NCBI GenBank assembly: GCA_039545335.1
Contig: BCIN01000003.1
Span: forward strand, 2,117,060-2,181,059
DNA: 64,000 nucleotides
Origin: Kondoa subrosea
Lineage: Eukaryota
Direction of reading: 5' to 3'
Shown: one piece after another, positions 1 to 12,373 of the stretch
Numbering within the stretch: the stretch's first letter is position 1
Layout: every line of letters starts with the position of its first letter
The notes under the pieces: model-generated
The model's input: the letters and a program-made list of their open reading frames with translations, nothing else
What the model was told of the DNA's origin: nothing
Database searches by the model: none
Translations under genes and position numbers: made by a program

Positions 1-973
1 GGAGCTCTCGGTAGCTAAGAAAGCCAAGGTTGCTGAAGAAGTAGAAGAAGATACTGGATCCGCGAAAGAACCTGTTGAACCGACGCCAAATGTAGCTTCA
101 GCCGGAGAAGAGATGGCGCAACCTTCCACCTCGAAATCGAAAGTGAAAGCGAAACCTGCCCCGAAAAGAGCTGCATCAGTCAAGACTAAAGCTAAACCTA
201 AAGGCAAGAGCAAAGTGATTGCTGACAGTGATGAAGAAGAGGAATCCAACGGTACCGTAATAGCTCAACAAGAGGAAGAGAAAGAAGAACAGATGCTTCC
301 CGAGATCAACAGTTCGGGAAAAGTCAAGGATATCATCGAGACAGAAAAGGCAGAAGATACTTTCGAACCTGATACAGAAGTAGAGCCTGAAGCTGATGAA
401 GCCAAAAAAGGCAAACAGAAGGGGAAAACAAAGACTAAAGAGACGGTCGATATCAGGGTACCCGAACTGGAAAAAGCTGAGGAACCTGCAAAACCTGTGA
501 GCTGTCATTCGCAACCAGCAGTAAATCATCTGCTGACGCTACACTTAGGTCGAGAAGACATCCATCTCCAAAGCTCCTTCGATCAACAAGGATAAGAAGC
601 CTAAAAGTGAGTTGTTCTGTTTGTTTACTGCGCTCCACTGTTGATCTCCCTGACAGAGGACAGCGTTGCAGCTATTCTGGCTAAGACGTCTCTCTACGGC
701 CACAGACGTCCTGGTCTATCGAAGCGGTGCTCGGTAGCTCCTTTGCATGCCAACATCAAAGCTGTAGTGAAGAAGCCTGCTATACCGAAATCAAAGAAGA
801 GGGACGACAGCGATGATGACGGCGAGGTTTGGATCGATCCAGTCAAAGCAGCAAGGGAGAAGAGGCTTCGTGAAGAACTAGGATTAGATCCAGAAGACGA
901 GCTGACATCGGAGCAAAAACGACCTTTGAATGCCGGTTTTGATGACGAAGAGCAGCAGTACAACTCAGACTAA
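1..973 (+). CDS. 3' part of a K/E-rich disordered protein with a C-terminal 'R.GLS....PLH' motif; 5' end lies outside the window
   Basis: Open frame from the window start, two short GT-AG introns (~497-548, ~607-657), stop at 973. C-terminal segment HRRPGLSKRCSVAPLHANI. Confidence 0.7.
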
Positions 974-1115
974 GAGTAGGTGATCCATCGGGAATATTCG
1001 TCTTTCTTGTATTGTGGTTTGGTTGTATTCGGGTATTACATTGAGGTCATGTAGAATGAATAAGTATTTACAATTTGAAGGGATAATTCATTACACGGCA
1101 TATCCGATTTGCTTT

Positions 1116-3546
1116 CTATGCAATAGTATCATACGCCTTGAAGGCCTGTGATCGAAATTAGCTAAACTTGAATTGACTTGAGCGATCAACACGTACAGCC
1201 TTGAAGGCAGTTGCTTCGGCTTTCTCCTCCTCATCACTCCTAGCGCACACCTTCCAATCCATTCGATCTGGTACTCCCAGCAGACTGGCTATCGTTCCTC
1301 TGCCAAATTGCAAATTGAAGTTTCTTCCAGGTTTGAGCAAATGAATCATCTTGCGACCATCAGGTAACTCGATCTTGAAGTAGTTCTCCTTGATACCTTG
1401 CGAATCTAGGATGTCGGCATCTTGTTCAAATTGATAGCCTTCCTTTACACCTTGATCCAGGAAGGCTGAAGCGGCCTTTTCCGCCTGCGCATTTGGTATC
1501 GGGCAAACCTGTGCAAATCCTGTGTAAAGTGCAAGAACTACTTAGACCACCTTGACTTACCTGAACATGAGCATGCCCTCCTTTCCCGCTGTAACGCCCT
1601 ACTTCAAAAGTGATCATGCTTGAACCATGTTCAGCATAGCATTCCTTCAGAGCAGTCTTGTATGCTTCGACTTCCGAGGTAACACTTTCAATTTGCTCGG
1701 GTGGAACGCCACGCATAGTAGGGTAATGCCCGATCTGCACTTGAGTTAGCATACGCAGTAGACGTTACAGAGCATGACTTACTGGAATGATCAATACATG
1801 ACCCCCGCCTGGTACAAGCGAAGACGAATCCTGCGTATTTGGTATTTGACCCTTGGGCAAAGTAACATAACACTCATTACCGATTGAAACAATCAAATGC
1901 TTGGTAACGCTTGGATTCGACAAGCAGAACCAGCATTCTCCGGCTATGTATGTAGATGAGCATTGAGACGTAGGAGAAGAAGCGTTACACACGAGTGATT
2001 TCCTTGTGTTGTCGCTTAGGTCCTCTTTGACCGGCTTGTGGGCAATCTTGAATCCAATGACCCTTCTCTGACTGTATATATACACCTAGAGTTTAGCATC
2101 TTTCGTAGTGATGGACAAGCAAACTCACGCAAATGTTACATGTATAAGTATTCGGTGGTGGTTTAGCTTTCCGACCATTAGCTCCGCCAAAGATATAATC
2201 CGGAGGTGCTTCATCTTGCAACGTCTGAGCGAAATCTCGTTTCATGCCTCTACCGGGAACGTTGTGCTTGTTGGTAGCGGCTTGCGATAATGGACAAGCA
2301 GTAACATTTGCAGGACGAGGTTGATTGCCTGGTGCACATGGAGCGATGTTGAAAGCGTAAAACCAGCGTTCTTTTTGCTTGTTGGCGAATTCACCCAAAG
2401 AAAGGAAACGAGTATAAGACATATTGCTTGGATGACCGGGGTATTCGAAAGGCTCGCGTTCCCAAAAGATTGGTTGCTCAGAAGTAAAGTGATAGCGAGG
2501 CTTGACTGCTGAAAGAATCTCAGCCAAAACAGGAGCACCCCATGTCGACGCTTCTTCTGATCCAGGTGGTTTGCCAGATAAAGCGGTAACATGCGACGGC
2601 CAGGAATGCGTAATGAGAATATCAATAGGAGGAGGTAAGACTGTTCCGGCTGCTGCTGCTGCAAGACTTCCAGCCGGTGCTTTAGGCAAAGGATTTAGAG
2701 ATGACAAGAATGAAGCAACGCTTGAGGCGGTGATGTAAGAAGAGGAGAGAGGGTGCTGCAGATGATTTTCAGTAAATACAGTGGATGAGGAAGTAGGGAT
2801 TGGACTGACCCTGGCGTTATCCATTTCTGCACCAGTAAATTGCTCTAAATCGAATTGACCTCCAAAAGTAGCTATCCGAATTCCAGAAGAGAGAGTATAG
2901 ATGGCTTGTTTCCCTATCCGAGTATATGTGAATCAGTTTCGTGTCTTTTTGGAGCATAAACGTTGATCGCCAGGAGCCTCATATTAGATCAAGTTTGAAA
3001 AATGCCGTCACAAGAATAGCTCGAGAGCCACCGAAGCAACGTCGACCGTAAGTGAGCAAGCGGTTCTATGCATACAGAGAACCAGAAAGCTGTTCTAGAG
3101 ATAGCATGCTTGCAAGGTCGTGGAAATCTGTGTGACCTTGTCTTCCGGCGCCAATATCCAAATCAAGGGCAGAGCACAACACAGAGGAAAGAATAGAATA
3201 TGAGCAACATACCTAGGAATACAAGATTGGTTGTAATCTCTCCATGTTCGCGCTCAATCTTGTCAATAACTTTCGAAGGCAGAGGTTTACCGCCCATGAC
3301 GCTGTAGCATTGGACTGGTATTGAGATCTTGCCAGACAGCAGCTCATCTACTTCTTCATCGTTACCATCCCCGAACAGATCTCCCAAGCAGAGCACAAAA
3401 TCGAAAGGACCATTTTTCTCGTGAATGCCACAGATCTTCTTGAACAATGACTTGAGCTTGCCAAGAGCTGGACCGACAACGAGACTGTAACAGAGTTAGC
3501 TTACTACAGTGTACGAGAAGCCAGTAACTGCATACACTTTGGACAT
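1116..3546 (-). CDS. CWF19L1: CWF19-like protein 1 (Drn1/Mug161-type; calcineurin-like phosphoesterase fold plus CwfJ C-terminal domains)
   Basis: Motifs KNGPFDFVLCLGDLF, DILITHSWP, KPRYHF, FWEREPF, CWFCLSNP, GGHVLIIP, HAHVQ, FNLQFGR and DWKVC over multiple exons. ATG at 3546 (MSKV). Confidence 0.92.
2941..3181 (+). ncRNA. Candidate structured ncRNA with H/ACA-like layout, antisense within the 299-nt CWF19L1 intron
   Basis: Hairpin, then AGAATA (ANANNA, 3013-3018), then a branched hairpin closed by GCTC/GAGC, then ACA (3176-3178). G-U pairs in the stems favour the + strand. Confidence 0.35.
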
Positions 3547-3780
3547 CGCTTGGTTCGAAACAACAAGGAGACGGAAGGCTGGGATAATTGACTATGATGT
3601 GATAGAGGTAAGCCGGCAGTACAACAAAGCTACAGATGTGCAAAGACGCAAACGCAAACGGATCAATACATTGGCTAGACTATGCTTCTGCTACCATAAT
3701 CTGAGATACATACTCATGCTGGAACCGCTATAGCTGCCGTTGCTGCATACTGCAAGACTGCTCTGAGGCTTCGACATCCT

Positions 3781-4223
3781 CTACATGCCAGGGTCCAAAT
3801 CTAACCAAGTCCTCATGTAGGTAGCCTGGCCCTTTTCGTTGACCACGAATTTGGTAATGAAGGAAGTGACTGGCATCTTTTCTCCAGTCTGCTTGTTGGT
3901 GATTTGATATTTGCCTTGGACGTAAAGAGAGTCTTCAGCTTTGAGATAATCAGCTTCCAGATCAAAGACGTGTTTGATCTTGCTGGGTTGAGCAAAAGCA
4001 GTGGTGACGAATGCAACCATAGCTTTCATGCCATGGATAGGGTCGCTACCAGAGGTCTTTGCAACAGCATCTGTCACAAGATATCGAATCAGCACACAAC
4101 ATAGGAAGACCGCTTCAGTAGCTATTGACCTTTAGCAATATACTTTGATAGAGATTCCTCTCCCAAATTGTCCAAGTCTTCGTGATTGGCGAAGAAACCC
4201 TTGTAGTCGAAAGTTTGAGCCAT
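3781..4223 (-). CDS. Small NTF2/SnoaL-like fold protein (putative)
   Basis: Two exons: MAQTFDYKGFFANHEDLDNLGEESLSKYIAK, then DAVAKTSGSDPIHG...MRTWLDLDPGM. The size and the C-terminal 'R.W.D' pattern fit SnoaL-like proteins. Confidence 0.6.
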
Positions 4224-4700
4224 GATGTAATGCGCGGAAAGGGTAATATGTGATGAAGAGAGAGAAGAAGAGGACAAGTACTGTCACCCTCATAGCAGGC
4301 CCGATGACTCACCGAGTTAGTAAGAGCTACAGTGTGTATGTAGTCAGTCTGAGTCAGCACCAGAAGCCAACCTCGGGGGAAAACATCTCCCTTCTCGACA
4401 ATTCCACGGCTCAAGCAAGATGACAGGAGAGACGACAAGAGGAGATACAGCAGCGAAGGAGAATCATATTCATAGACAGGTCACAGCGTTCAACTGGCTT
4501 GTTTGTGCTGCATGGAGACATGTTTATAGCAAAGGATGTTCATTAAGCTCCAAGCCATGAGGCAATCGCTCAAACGACCTTCATGTCGCTCGTACGGTTC
4601 CACATACATCCGAAGTACTCAAACAGAATAGCTGCTGAAACATGATGAAGAAAGGGTCAACAAACTTCGCGCAAGAAGAGCTCACCTTTTACTGCATTGA

Positions 4701-6002
4701 TCAAGGCAACCTCTCCTTGTCTGCCTTTGTCCATTTCGGATTGATGAGTTGGTCAGCATAAGGTAAGATCAATCTAGGTAGGCAGACAGTCAGTTTGTTC
4801 CGTCGAACAATCGCAAGGAAAGTTACCTATAACCATGTCTGATTGTACTTTCAGCCATTCCACCAACAGCAGCAACATCTTTTGCGGCTTTGGGTGTATT
4901 GAACAAAGCAGCCGTGAAGAAGATGCAAGCCGTTGCAATGGTAACTGGATTTCTTCCAGCCAGAACACCCAAATCCGTCACTTTTCTACATACTTCGCAA
5001 GCAGCGGAAGAAACGTATGGAGGTAAAGCCAAATTGGAAGAGAAACGAATAACAATGTCTTCCGCTGCAGCTGCAATTTGACCAGAAGAAACTGCACCAG
5101 TATCTGCAGTGGAAGTAGGTGCCGGACCAGCGATACCAGTGTTTTCAAACTTGAGTTTCAAGATCTTGAAGCAAGCTGCTACTTTCTTCTTTTCTACTCC
5201 AGTCAAGTTGACAATCTCTTGAAATGTTCTGGGTACTCTTGCCTGTCGACAAGCAACAAAGATACAAGCTGCTACAACCGCATCATTTGGCTTTCCTTTG
5301 AGAATCTTCTCTTCGTAAACTCTCTTGTAAAGTTGTTTGGCTGTATCGGTCGTATGACGAGTGAGGGAAATGACTTCGCACATATCTTGAATAGCTCTGA
5401 AACCTTCGGCCAAAGTCTTTTCACCAGATTTCTGGGAAACGGCTCGAGCTGCTCTTTGTAAATCTTTGGCTACACCAGTATTGTTATCACGGAAAGAAAT
5501 GACTGTTCCGAAATCTTCAACTCCATCCACTAAAGCATTTGTGGGTCCTCCAACACGCGATGGATCATCTCCTCCTTCATCATTGGCAAAAGTACGCCCT
5601 GAGAAGAACATGGACACGTTCCAGCTATGGTCAGTTGACAGATATAGAGGAATGCAGACCTACATTCAGATCGCGTGTCTACTATACGATCTCCCAACAC
5701 AAGGCCTGTGAGTTTGGACAGACGTTCAATCAATGCAAGATCGATTAGAGAGCATGTTGCACTCACCGCAATTGCCGCAGACGAGATCACCAGAACTCAT
5801 TTCCTCGACGATATTGATTTCTCTATCCGCTGGGCAATTGGGACAGCCAAGTCTAATAGCCAAGTCCTGTTGACCAGCATCTCTAAATATCGTGTGCGTA
5901 ACGCGAATGAGGCAGAGGCTGACTCACCTCTCTGAACTCTTCTTGTTCTTTGACTTTCGAAGGATCTTCTCTCAAAGCGAAAGCCTGCCATTGATTCGCC
6001 AT
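4701..6002 (-). CDS. SUA7: Transcription initiation factor TFIIB
   Basis: Zn ribbon CPNC...GDLVCGNCGLVLGDRIVDTRSE, RTFANDEGGDDPSRVG, and two cyclin repeats (ACIFVACRQARVPRTFQEI; GRNPVTIATACIF). Confidence 0.97.
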
Positions 6003-6368
6003 TTGGCTGTACTTGTTGCTGTAGTATGCTTGTAAGGGTGTTGTAAGGGGGGTGAGAAGACACAACTATGTAAAGTGGTCGACTGGAGAAAAGCAATGTT
6101 TGGATTTTGACAACGAGTCGGACTCTCATTAGCCACCGCTAGCACGATATCTGGAATTGATTCGACGGTCTCTTTACTCTAGACTGGCTGGGAAAGCGCA
6201 GGCATATCCAGACGAACGATATACTGTCAAGCGATTCTTCTAATTTCTGATTCAGCACTTCACTGCACTCGCGCATTGGGTACTAGTACTCGCTGGATTG
6301 AACTTCTTACCTATCGCTTCCTTCCAGCCTACAATCTCAGATTGTAGCGTGTTCTCTGATTGCTAATC

Positions 6369-7572
6369 ATGAAGTGAGTTGTCCTTGAACTGCTAGCGCA
6401 AGGTCGCTCAGTTTCTTTGCAATCTCACAGTGTAGTGAAAGAGATCCAATCTATCAATCGCCGTCAATTAGAACTAGGCGGTAACTCATCCTGGTTTGTT
6501 CTTGTTTCCATTTCAGAATCTCTATATTTTATTAACCATTTCAAGGCAGGCATGATCAATATAAAGACTCTGCATACGTCTTTATTGGTGGTCTGGATTA
6601 TGATCTTACAGAAGGAGATGTAGTAACGATTTTCAGTCAGTATGGCGAAGGTCAGCTTCATATGCTCTTCAATCAGCATAATGGCTGATTAAGGCAGATG
6701 TATCTTGACAGTGGCTGATGTGAATATACCGAAAGATAAAAAGACTCAGAAATCAAAAGGTTTCGCTTTCCTTATGTATGAAGATCAACGATCTACTGTT
6801 TTGGCTGTTGATAATTTGAATGGAGCAAAAGTGTTGGAACGAGTGCTTCGAGTGGATCATGGTCAGTCTTTTCTTCCCCTCTTATCTTTGATACGAAGAA
6901 ACTAATATATGCGCTGCAGTGGATAAATATAAACAACTGGAACAAGATTCGGAAGGGAAATATAAAGAAAGAGAAGAACAATCCCTCAATGCTCGACCAG
7001 AGAACTTCTTACCTGTCAAAGCTGCTGCTTCTGATGCTTCATCTTCAGAGGAAGAGGACGCGGATGGAGATCCAGATTTGTTGGATCCTATGCAAGCGTA
7101 TTTGAAAGAACAGAGGAAATTAGAGAAGAGTAGTAAAAAGAAGAAGAAAGACGGGACTGGTGAAACTAAGGAAGAGAGGAAAAAGAGGAAGTTGGCCAAA
7201 AGAGTTGCGAAACAGGCAAAGAAGTATGGGATGTTGGAAGATACAAAGGCGAGCAAAAGGCAGCAAGGGAGCGTGAGTCCGGATAGAAGGGAAAGAAGTC
7301 GGTCGTCAGGAGAGCATGCGAGAAGGGAAAGATCTCGATCACCGGAACGAAGAGATAGCAGAGTACAACGAAGTCGCTCACCCGCAGCAAGAAGCAGAAG
7401 AGATAGAAGTAGATCCCCTGACAGACGACAGCAGGATAGAAGTCCAGACGATTACGATAGGCGAAGAAGGGACGATCGCAATAGGTCAAGAGATGATGAT
7501 CGGGAAGAGCGAAGTCGGCCCTACGAAGCTCGCTCAGGAGATGATCGGCGGGACTCAAGACGTAGAGATTAG
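6369..7572 (+). CDS. IST3: RBMX2/Ist3 (Snu17) RRM splicing factor of the RES complex, with an RS-rich tail
   Basis: [25 protein letters not shown]...[25 protein letters not shown]...LRVDH; C-terminal RSRSP repeats. Confidence 0.95.
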
Positions 7573-8021
7573 CGATCTGTGGAAATGTATATGCAGGTCT
7601 TCCAAGCGTGATTACAGTTCTCTATCCGTTTCAACACTTCCCTATCTAGTCTACAGGATATGCACTGCATCTCTGAGCTATCAAGATCAACTCCTATAAG
7701 CTTCAGGTAGCGGCCGGCAGTCGCTGAGGCAATATCGGATCATTATCAGTGTTGGTGATGCTAAAATTGGTCGTACCATAGGTAAGATGGGAGGAAGCGA
7801 TCGAGAAATGATCAGCTTACCCAACTATAAACCTCATCATCATATATCCGCCTTTACCCGGCGATTTTGGACAATCTTTGCCTTGTCGAGCTGTTATGAC
7901 CGCAGCAAGCTGATGTTGCGATATCAGCACTTGCGCGTCAGACAAATATGCTGTGCAACTCACCGAAATTCACTACCCGATTAATATTGCACAAATTTCA
8001 AAAGTAATACCTTCGAGTTGT

Positions 8022-9011
8022 TCAGCCTTCACTTCGTTGACTCCATAACCCAGAAATTCCTCTTCTGCTATCTCTCTCCTTTCTTTTTTCCCTGACATTC
8101 CTTTCAATCTCTCTAGCCATAATCATCTCTGCATCGTCCGCAGCTCCCCACCGACCGCTACTACCGGTTTTAGAAGCCATAGCTAAGAAAGTATTGCTCG
8201 CTTGTGCACCTAGAGTCTTTGGTCGATTACTACTTGCTTTAGGTGTTTGAGGAGGAGAAGATAATTCCGGAGAAAGTTGGAAAGAGGTCTGTCGAGGTGT
8301 TGTGGGTCTTTTGGCAGTCTTGGACATTCGGATAATGGGAACCGAACGAGTAGAAGAAGAAGAAACGAATGAAGGGACTTCAGGGAAAGTAGGTGATGAT
8401 TCTACTGGCTCTGCATAGATATTGTTCGTTGACGACAGGTAATCGATTTCCGACCTAGGCAGATCGAGAGAAAGTGAAGCAGAACGCGATGAATAGCCAT
8501 CGGAAGAAGTTCGAGATAAATCCGTAGGCAAGCGTGCTTGGTTGAAAGAAAATCGAGGGGTAGAAGGAGCTGGCGGCAGAGGCTTGGAAGTGATATATAG
8601 CTTATTGTCCAGTGGATCCAGTTCAAGTGATTCTAGCTCTTCCTTGCCAGGCGGAAGGGTACAAGCATCGACTGGGATCTTGAGCGTCTTCCTAAGATGT
8701 ATTGAGTCGCTTTGCCAGAGCGAATTGGCTTGTCTGAGGGCGGCAGATGAGATACCATACTGTACCGATACTTTGGTGAGGGAATCTTTCTGAGCAACTT
8801 CGTGCAATATGATCAACCGTTCATCCTTCAGATCAGGACATAGTTCTGCCAAAGTTCTTCGCCTTTGGACATCGACAGAAGACCTCGGCGTTGACGACAG
8901 TGAGTTCGTCTGACTATTGATTCGGCGCTTCAAACCAGGCCGCGTTATGTTATCTTCCAGCAGCACCAGACTTGCTAGAGGGCTCAGTATGTCGTTCGCT
9001 GTATTGGCCAT
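8022..9011 (-). CDS. LysM-domain protein (intronless, no signal peptide)
   Basis: HEVAQKDSLTKVSVQYGISSAALRQANSLWQSDSIHLRKTLKIP matches the LysM pattern. The rest is S/P-rich. Confidence 0.85.
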   Translation of the reverse strand: MANTANDILSPLASLVLLEDNITRPGLKRRINSQTNSLSSTPRSSVDVQRRRTLAELCPDLKDERLIILHEVAQKDSLTKVSVQYGISSAALRQANSLWQSDSIHLRKTLKIPVDACTLPPGKEELESLELDPLDNKLYITSKPLPPAPSTPRFSFNQARLPTDLSRTSSDGYSSRSASLSLDLPRSEIDYLSSTNNIYAEPVESSPTFPEVPSFVSSSSTRSVPIIRMSKTAKRPTTPRQTSFQLSPELSSPPQTPKASSNRPKTLGAQASNTFLAMASKTGSSGRWGAADDAEMIMAREIERNVREKRKERDSRRGISGLWSQRSEG

Positions 9012-9536
9012 TCATCTGCTCTAGTTCCTTGTTTGGGTCAGAGCTTGATTAACCTGGAACAGTTGTGTGCACATCTGGCGTTGAGCCATAGTGCATTTCT
9101 CGTTGCTCAGGAGCTCTCGACTCGCCTACTCTCTTCAACAGTCCCGATCTTGAGCTACTCGAGCTGTCACTTTGCACTTCTATTTACGATTGCCTCTCTT
9201 CGCTGTCATCTCGCAAAGTCATCACTTGTCTGTCGCTTGAACGATGGTGGAGTTACATGTTTGGATCTGATGCAAGCCGTTTGTGATCTGTGAGTTGTCG
9301 GCTAATCTCGAGCTTCCTTGACTTATGTCATGTTAGGGACCATCCTCCACGAATGGATTGCGGCGCATGTCCCATCTTCCGCGGTTTCAAAATCCTCGGT
9401 GATGGCAGATTGAAAGTCCGTACTCAAGAGTACTGACCATGCGACTATCGACCGTCAATTTGCAAGACTATGAAGCAGTATCATGTCCTTATACAAGATA
9501 ACCAATGCATATGCTGAAATTAGTCTGATAAGTTAG

Positions 9537-11161
9537 CTATTGACTTCTGTTATTGTCCACTTCGCCCTCGTTTTCGCTCTCGTCGACGCTGCCAACTTGT
9601 GGTCTTGCTGTATCATCCTGGTCTATTTGACTTTCATCCAAATGTTTGTTAATCGTTTCCTCGGGCAATGGCGATAAAGCTTCTTCTGCCTTCTCAGAGT
9701 GTTCATCTTGTCCTGCATCAATAGCTTGAACAGTCATATCTCCTTCTACCTCATCTTCCTCTCGTACTGCCCCATCTGCTTGCGATCTGATTCCTTCCGC
9801 TTCGACTAAGGTCGTGGTCGGGGTTCTGCTTTCTTCACTGATCCCGCTCAATTCCCTCTTCAAAGTCTTAGGTTCTTCTTTGATGGTAGGAGGAGGTGAT
9901 TTGGTAGAGACGGATAAAGGAGGTGTTGAAGTTCGAGATAGGTTTTGAGCTGGGGAGAAAGTGGATAGAGGTGGTAAGATTGAGAAAATGGTAGAGGAAT
10001 CGTTTGCCGCATGAGCATAAGCTCCAAATGGATCTTCGTGGGTCGCGAGCATCTGTTGCGAGACTTAGCTATAACCCATCGAAAGACAAAAGGGGAAACA
10101 AACGGCCTCCAGTACACTATCTGTTGTGCCTTTCGTTACTATCTTGTCGAAGACATCCACTTCTGAGCGTATTACAAGAGCGGTCTTTGTTGCTATCAGA
10201 TCCCTGTACAATCCTTTAGCGTCTATCTCTAAGAGAAAGAGGCAGCAAGAACGCACCATATTTCTTGTTCCGAATCATATACTTCTATGTAGTGTTCTGC
10301 TTTGAGTGAATCCAAATCCTTGTAGCAAGGTTGAGCATGAAACGAGACATATCTAAATCATTACTTACGTTCACGTGATTTTGTAGCTCTAGTAGCGCTT
10401 TACGAAAGGATGCAAGATCTGTCGAGAATGATCCTATGCTAAGACTAGAGAGTCTAACGCGTAAGACGAAAACCAACCTCTCTGCTTCTTCTTTCCAGCT
10501 TTGATATTCTTAGCTTCAGTATCCCGTATGAGTACAGCTTTCTCTTGCGTCGTCTTCTCATAGGCCGCTTGTCTATCAGCAACTCTAGTTCGATGTGCAT
10601 CGTACTCCTGCATTAACGGAACCTCGAAGTGCCGATAAAAGCTGTCTGAAAGTATTTGATGATCTGTACGCAATTGACCTGATATCAGCCATAAATACGG
10701 CGGTTTAAAGCTGCTCACGCACGATTGCCCATCATATGATGTAAAGCTGACGCAGCTATCAGTTTCTCTCCTGCGCTGGTAGAATTGCCTTCTTGATCCT
10801 CATTGCTCCCATCAGAACTATCACTCTCTTCCATCCCATTAGCACCAAATGTAGCAGGTTTCTTCCTTCCATTCGAATGCGAGCTTGGTCCTGAGGCTCC
10901 TTTCTGTCTGGCGCAGTCTTCCAACGCGTTTGCAAATTCCGACGTGGCTTTCGCTAGAGCCATCATACAGACTCTGTAACCTTTAGCAGCAGTCAAGAGA
11001 GATTCATAGGCGTCCAAAGAAGATTGTTGATCCTTCTTCGAGATAATTACATCTGGTCCATGATCTTCTAAAAAATGAAAGCTCGAGGCAGAGCTGGATA
11101 GGACAGATGGACTTGGTAAGGGAGCTCTACGCGAATATCCAGAGCGAATGGAAGAAGGCAT
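9537..11161 (-). CDS. Ivy1-like I-BAR/IMD domain protein
   Basis: Helical segments AYESLLTAAKGYR...ATSEFANALEDCARQKGA, LHHMMGN/HQILSDSFYRHFEVPL and DLASFRKALLELQ; acidic disordered tail. Confidence 0.7.
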
Positions 11162-11217
11162 CGACGTCGCGGTTCTAGACAACAACTCCTTGATCTGAAA
11201 CGGCCGACTTGAGCAAG

Positions 11218-12295
11218 ATGCAATTCAGCGTGAAATGCGATGTTAGGACAGTGGAATACGACGATCTCGATGGCGATAGCCTGTTCAGCACTTTGCAAGA
11301 AAGGCTGCATAATGAATTCGATATATCGATGACTAAACAAAAACTACTTCTGAAGGGCAAGTCTCTACAGCCCAACGATCCAAATGCGACTCTGTCCTCT
11401 ACCGGTATCGTACCATCGAGCAAACTCTTCCTCTTCGGTGCAAAGGATAGCGAAGTCGAGAAGCTTACGCGGCATGAAGCTCATCTCGCTCACAAAGCTT
11501 CAGTCATCGCAGCACGCAAGCCAGTAGCTGTCCGATCCACCGCTTCTGCTTCCTCCACCCGCTTTCATTTCATCAACCCATTTCCAGATTCCCCTTCTAC
11601 GCCTCATCTGAACCAACGAAAAGCCTTCTTGCAACGATTGAGTAGTGATCCGGCTGTTCTACATTTGATGGGTCAGAAGGATAGAGATTGGGTAGTCTTG
11701 GAACTAGGAGAATTGCATCCACATCGGTTGGTCCCTTCTGCCATTTTCTGTCCATCGCTTGCTGATTATGAACGACAGACAACCAACTTTACTTGGCCTG
11801 AATACAAACAATAACGGAGGCACGACCAATACGACCTTGAAGATCGAATTGAGAATACTGACAGATGATCTCGAAGGTTTACGAAGTTATAATGGCGTGA
11901 GAAGAGTTTTGTTGCATGAGCTGGCCCATATCAGACATCCAAACCACGAGCTGCCGTTCAAGGAATTGGATAGTCAAGTGAGCATGCCCTTCTTGCTATC
12001 TATCGAATGATTGATTGACATCGAATTTAAGTTGGCTAAAGAACTTGAAGCCTTCTATTCTGATCCAGCAAGAAAGGGTAACAGACTTGGCGGAGATATC
12101 TTAGACGAATACGATCCAGCCGAAATGCAAGAAGTCGGCAGCAAGATGTTAGCTAGCGGGAAATGCCATGTTGATGAGACTGCTGGGCTTGCTGCTATGT
12201 CCGGAGGTGACCGTTTAGGAGGAGCTAATACGGGTACGGAACTGTCAGCTCGAGAAAGGATAGCTAGAGCAGCGGAACAGAGATATAAGCGCTAG
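11218..12295 (+). CDS. Ubiquitin-like + WLM zinc metalloprotease (Wss1/Wss2 family)
   Basis: N-terminal UBL (KQKLLLKGK), LLGLN.N, IELRILTDD..GLRSY, and the zinc motif LLHELAHIRHPNH; ends RERIARAAEQR. Confidence 0.88.
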
Positions 12296-12373
12296 TCTAC
12301 CTTTGATCAGCTTTGTCAAATTGTACACTAGCATGATTCACTCACTATAGTCCTTTCGCCATATATGCCATCT

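Noticed and set aside
2965..3005. Minus-strand AAACTTGATCT resembling part of a fungal intronic TPP riboswitch
   Set aside because: No CUGAGA motif and no AUAAU..CAGCG.A segment, and the host is not a thiamine gene.
3033..3044. GAAGCAACGTCG looks complementary to a conserved LSU rRNA segment
   Set aside because: I could not build a two-sided pseudouridylation pocket with correct spacing, and the organism's rRNA sequence is not available.
3074..3089. Possible 14-nt poison exon (aacag|...|gtatgc) in the long CWF19L1 intron
   Set aside because: No convincing upstream branch point, and such motifs arise easily by chance.
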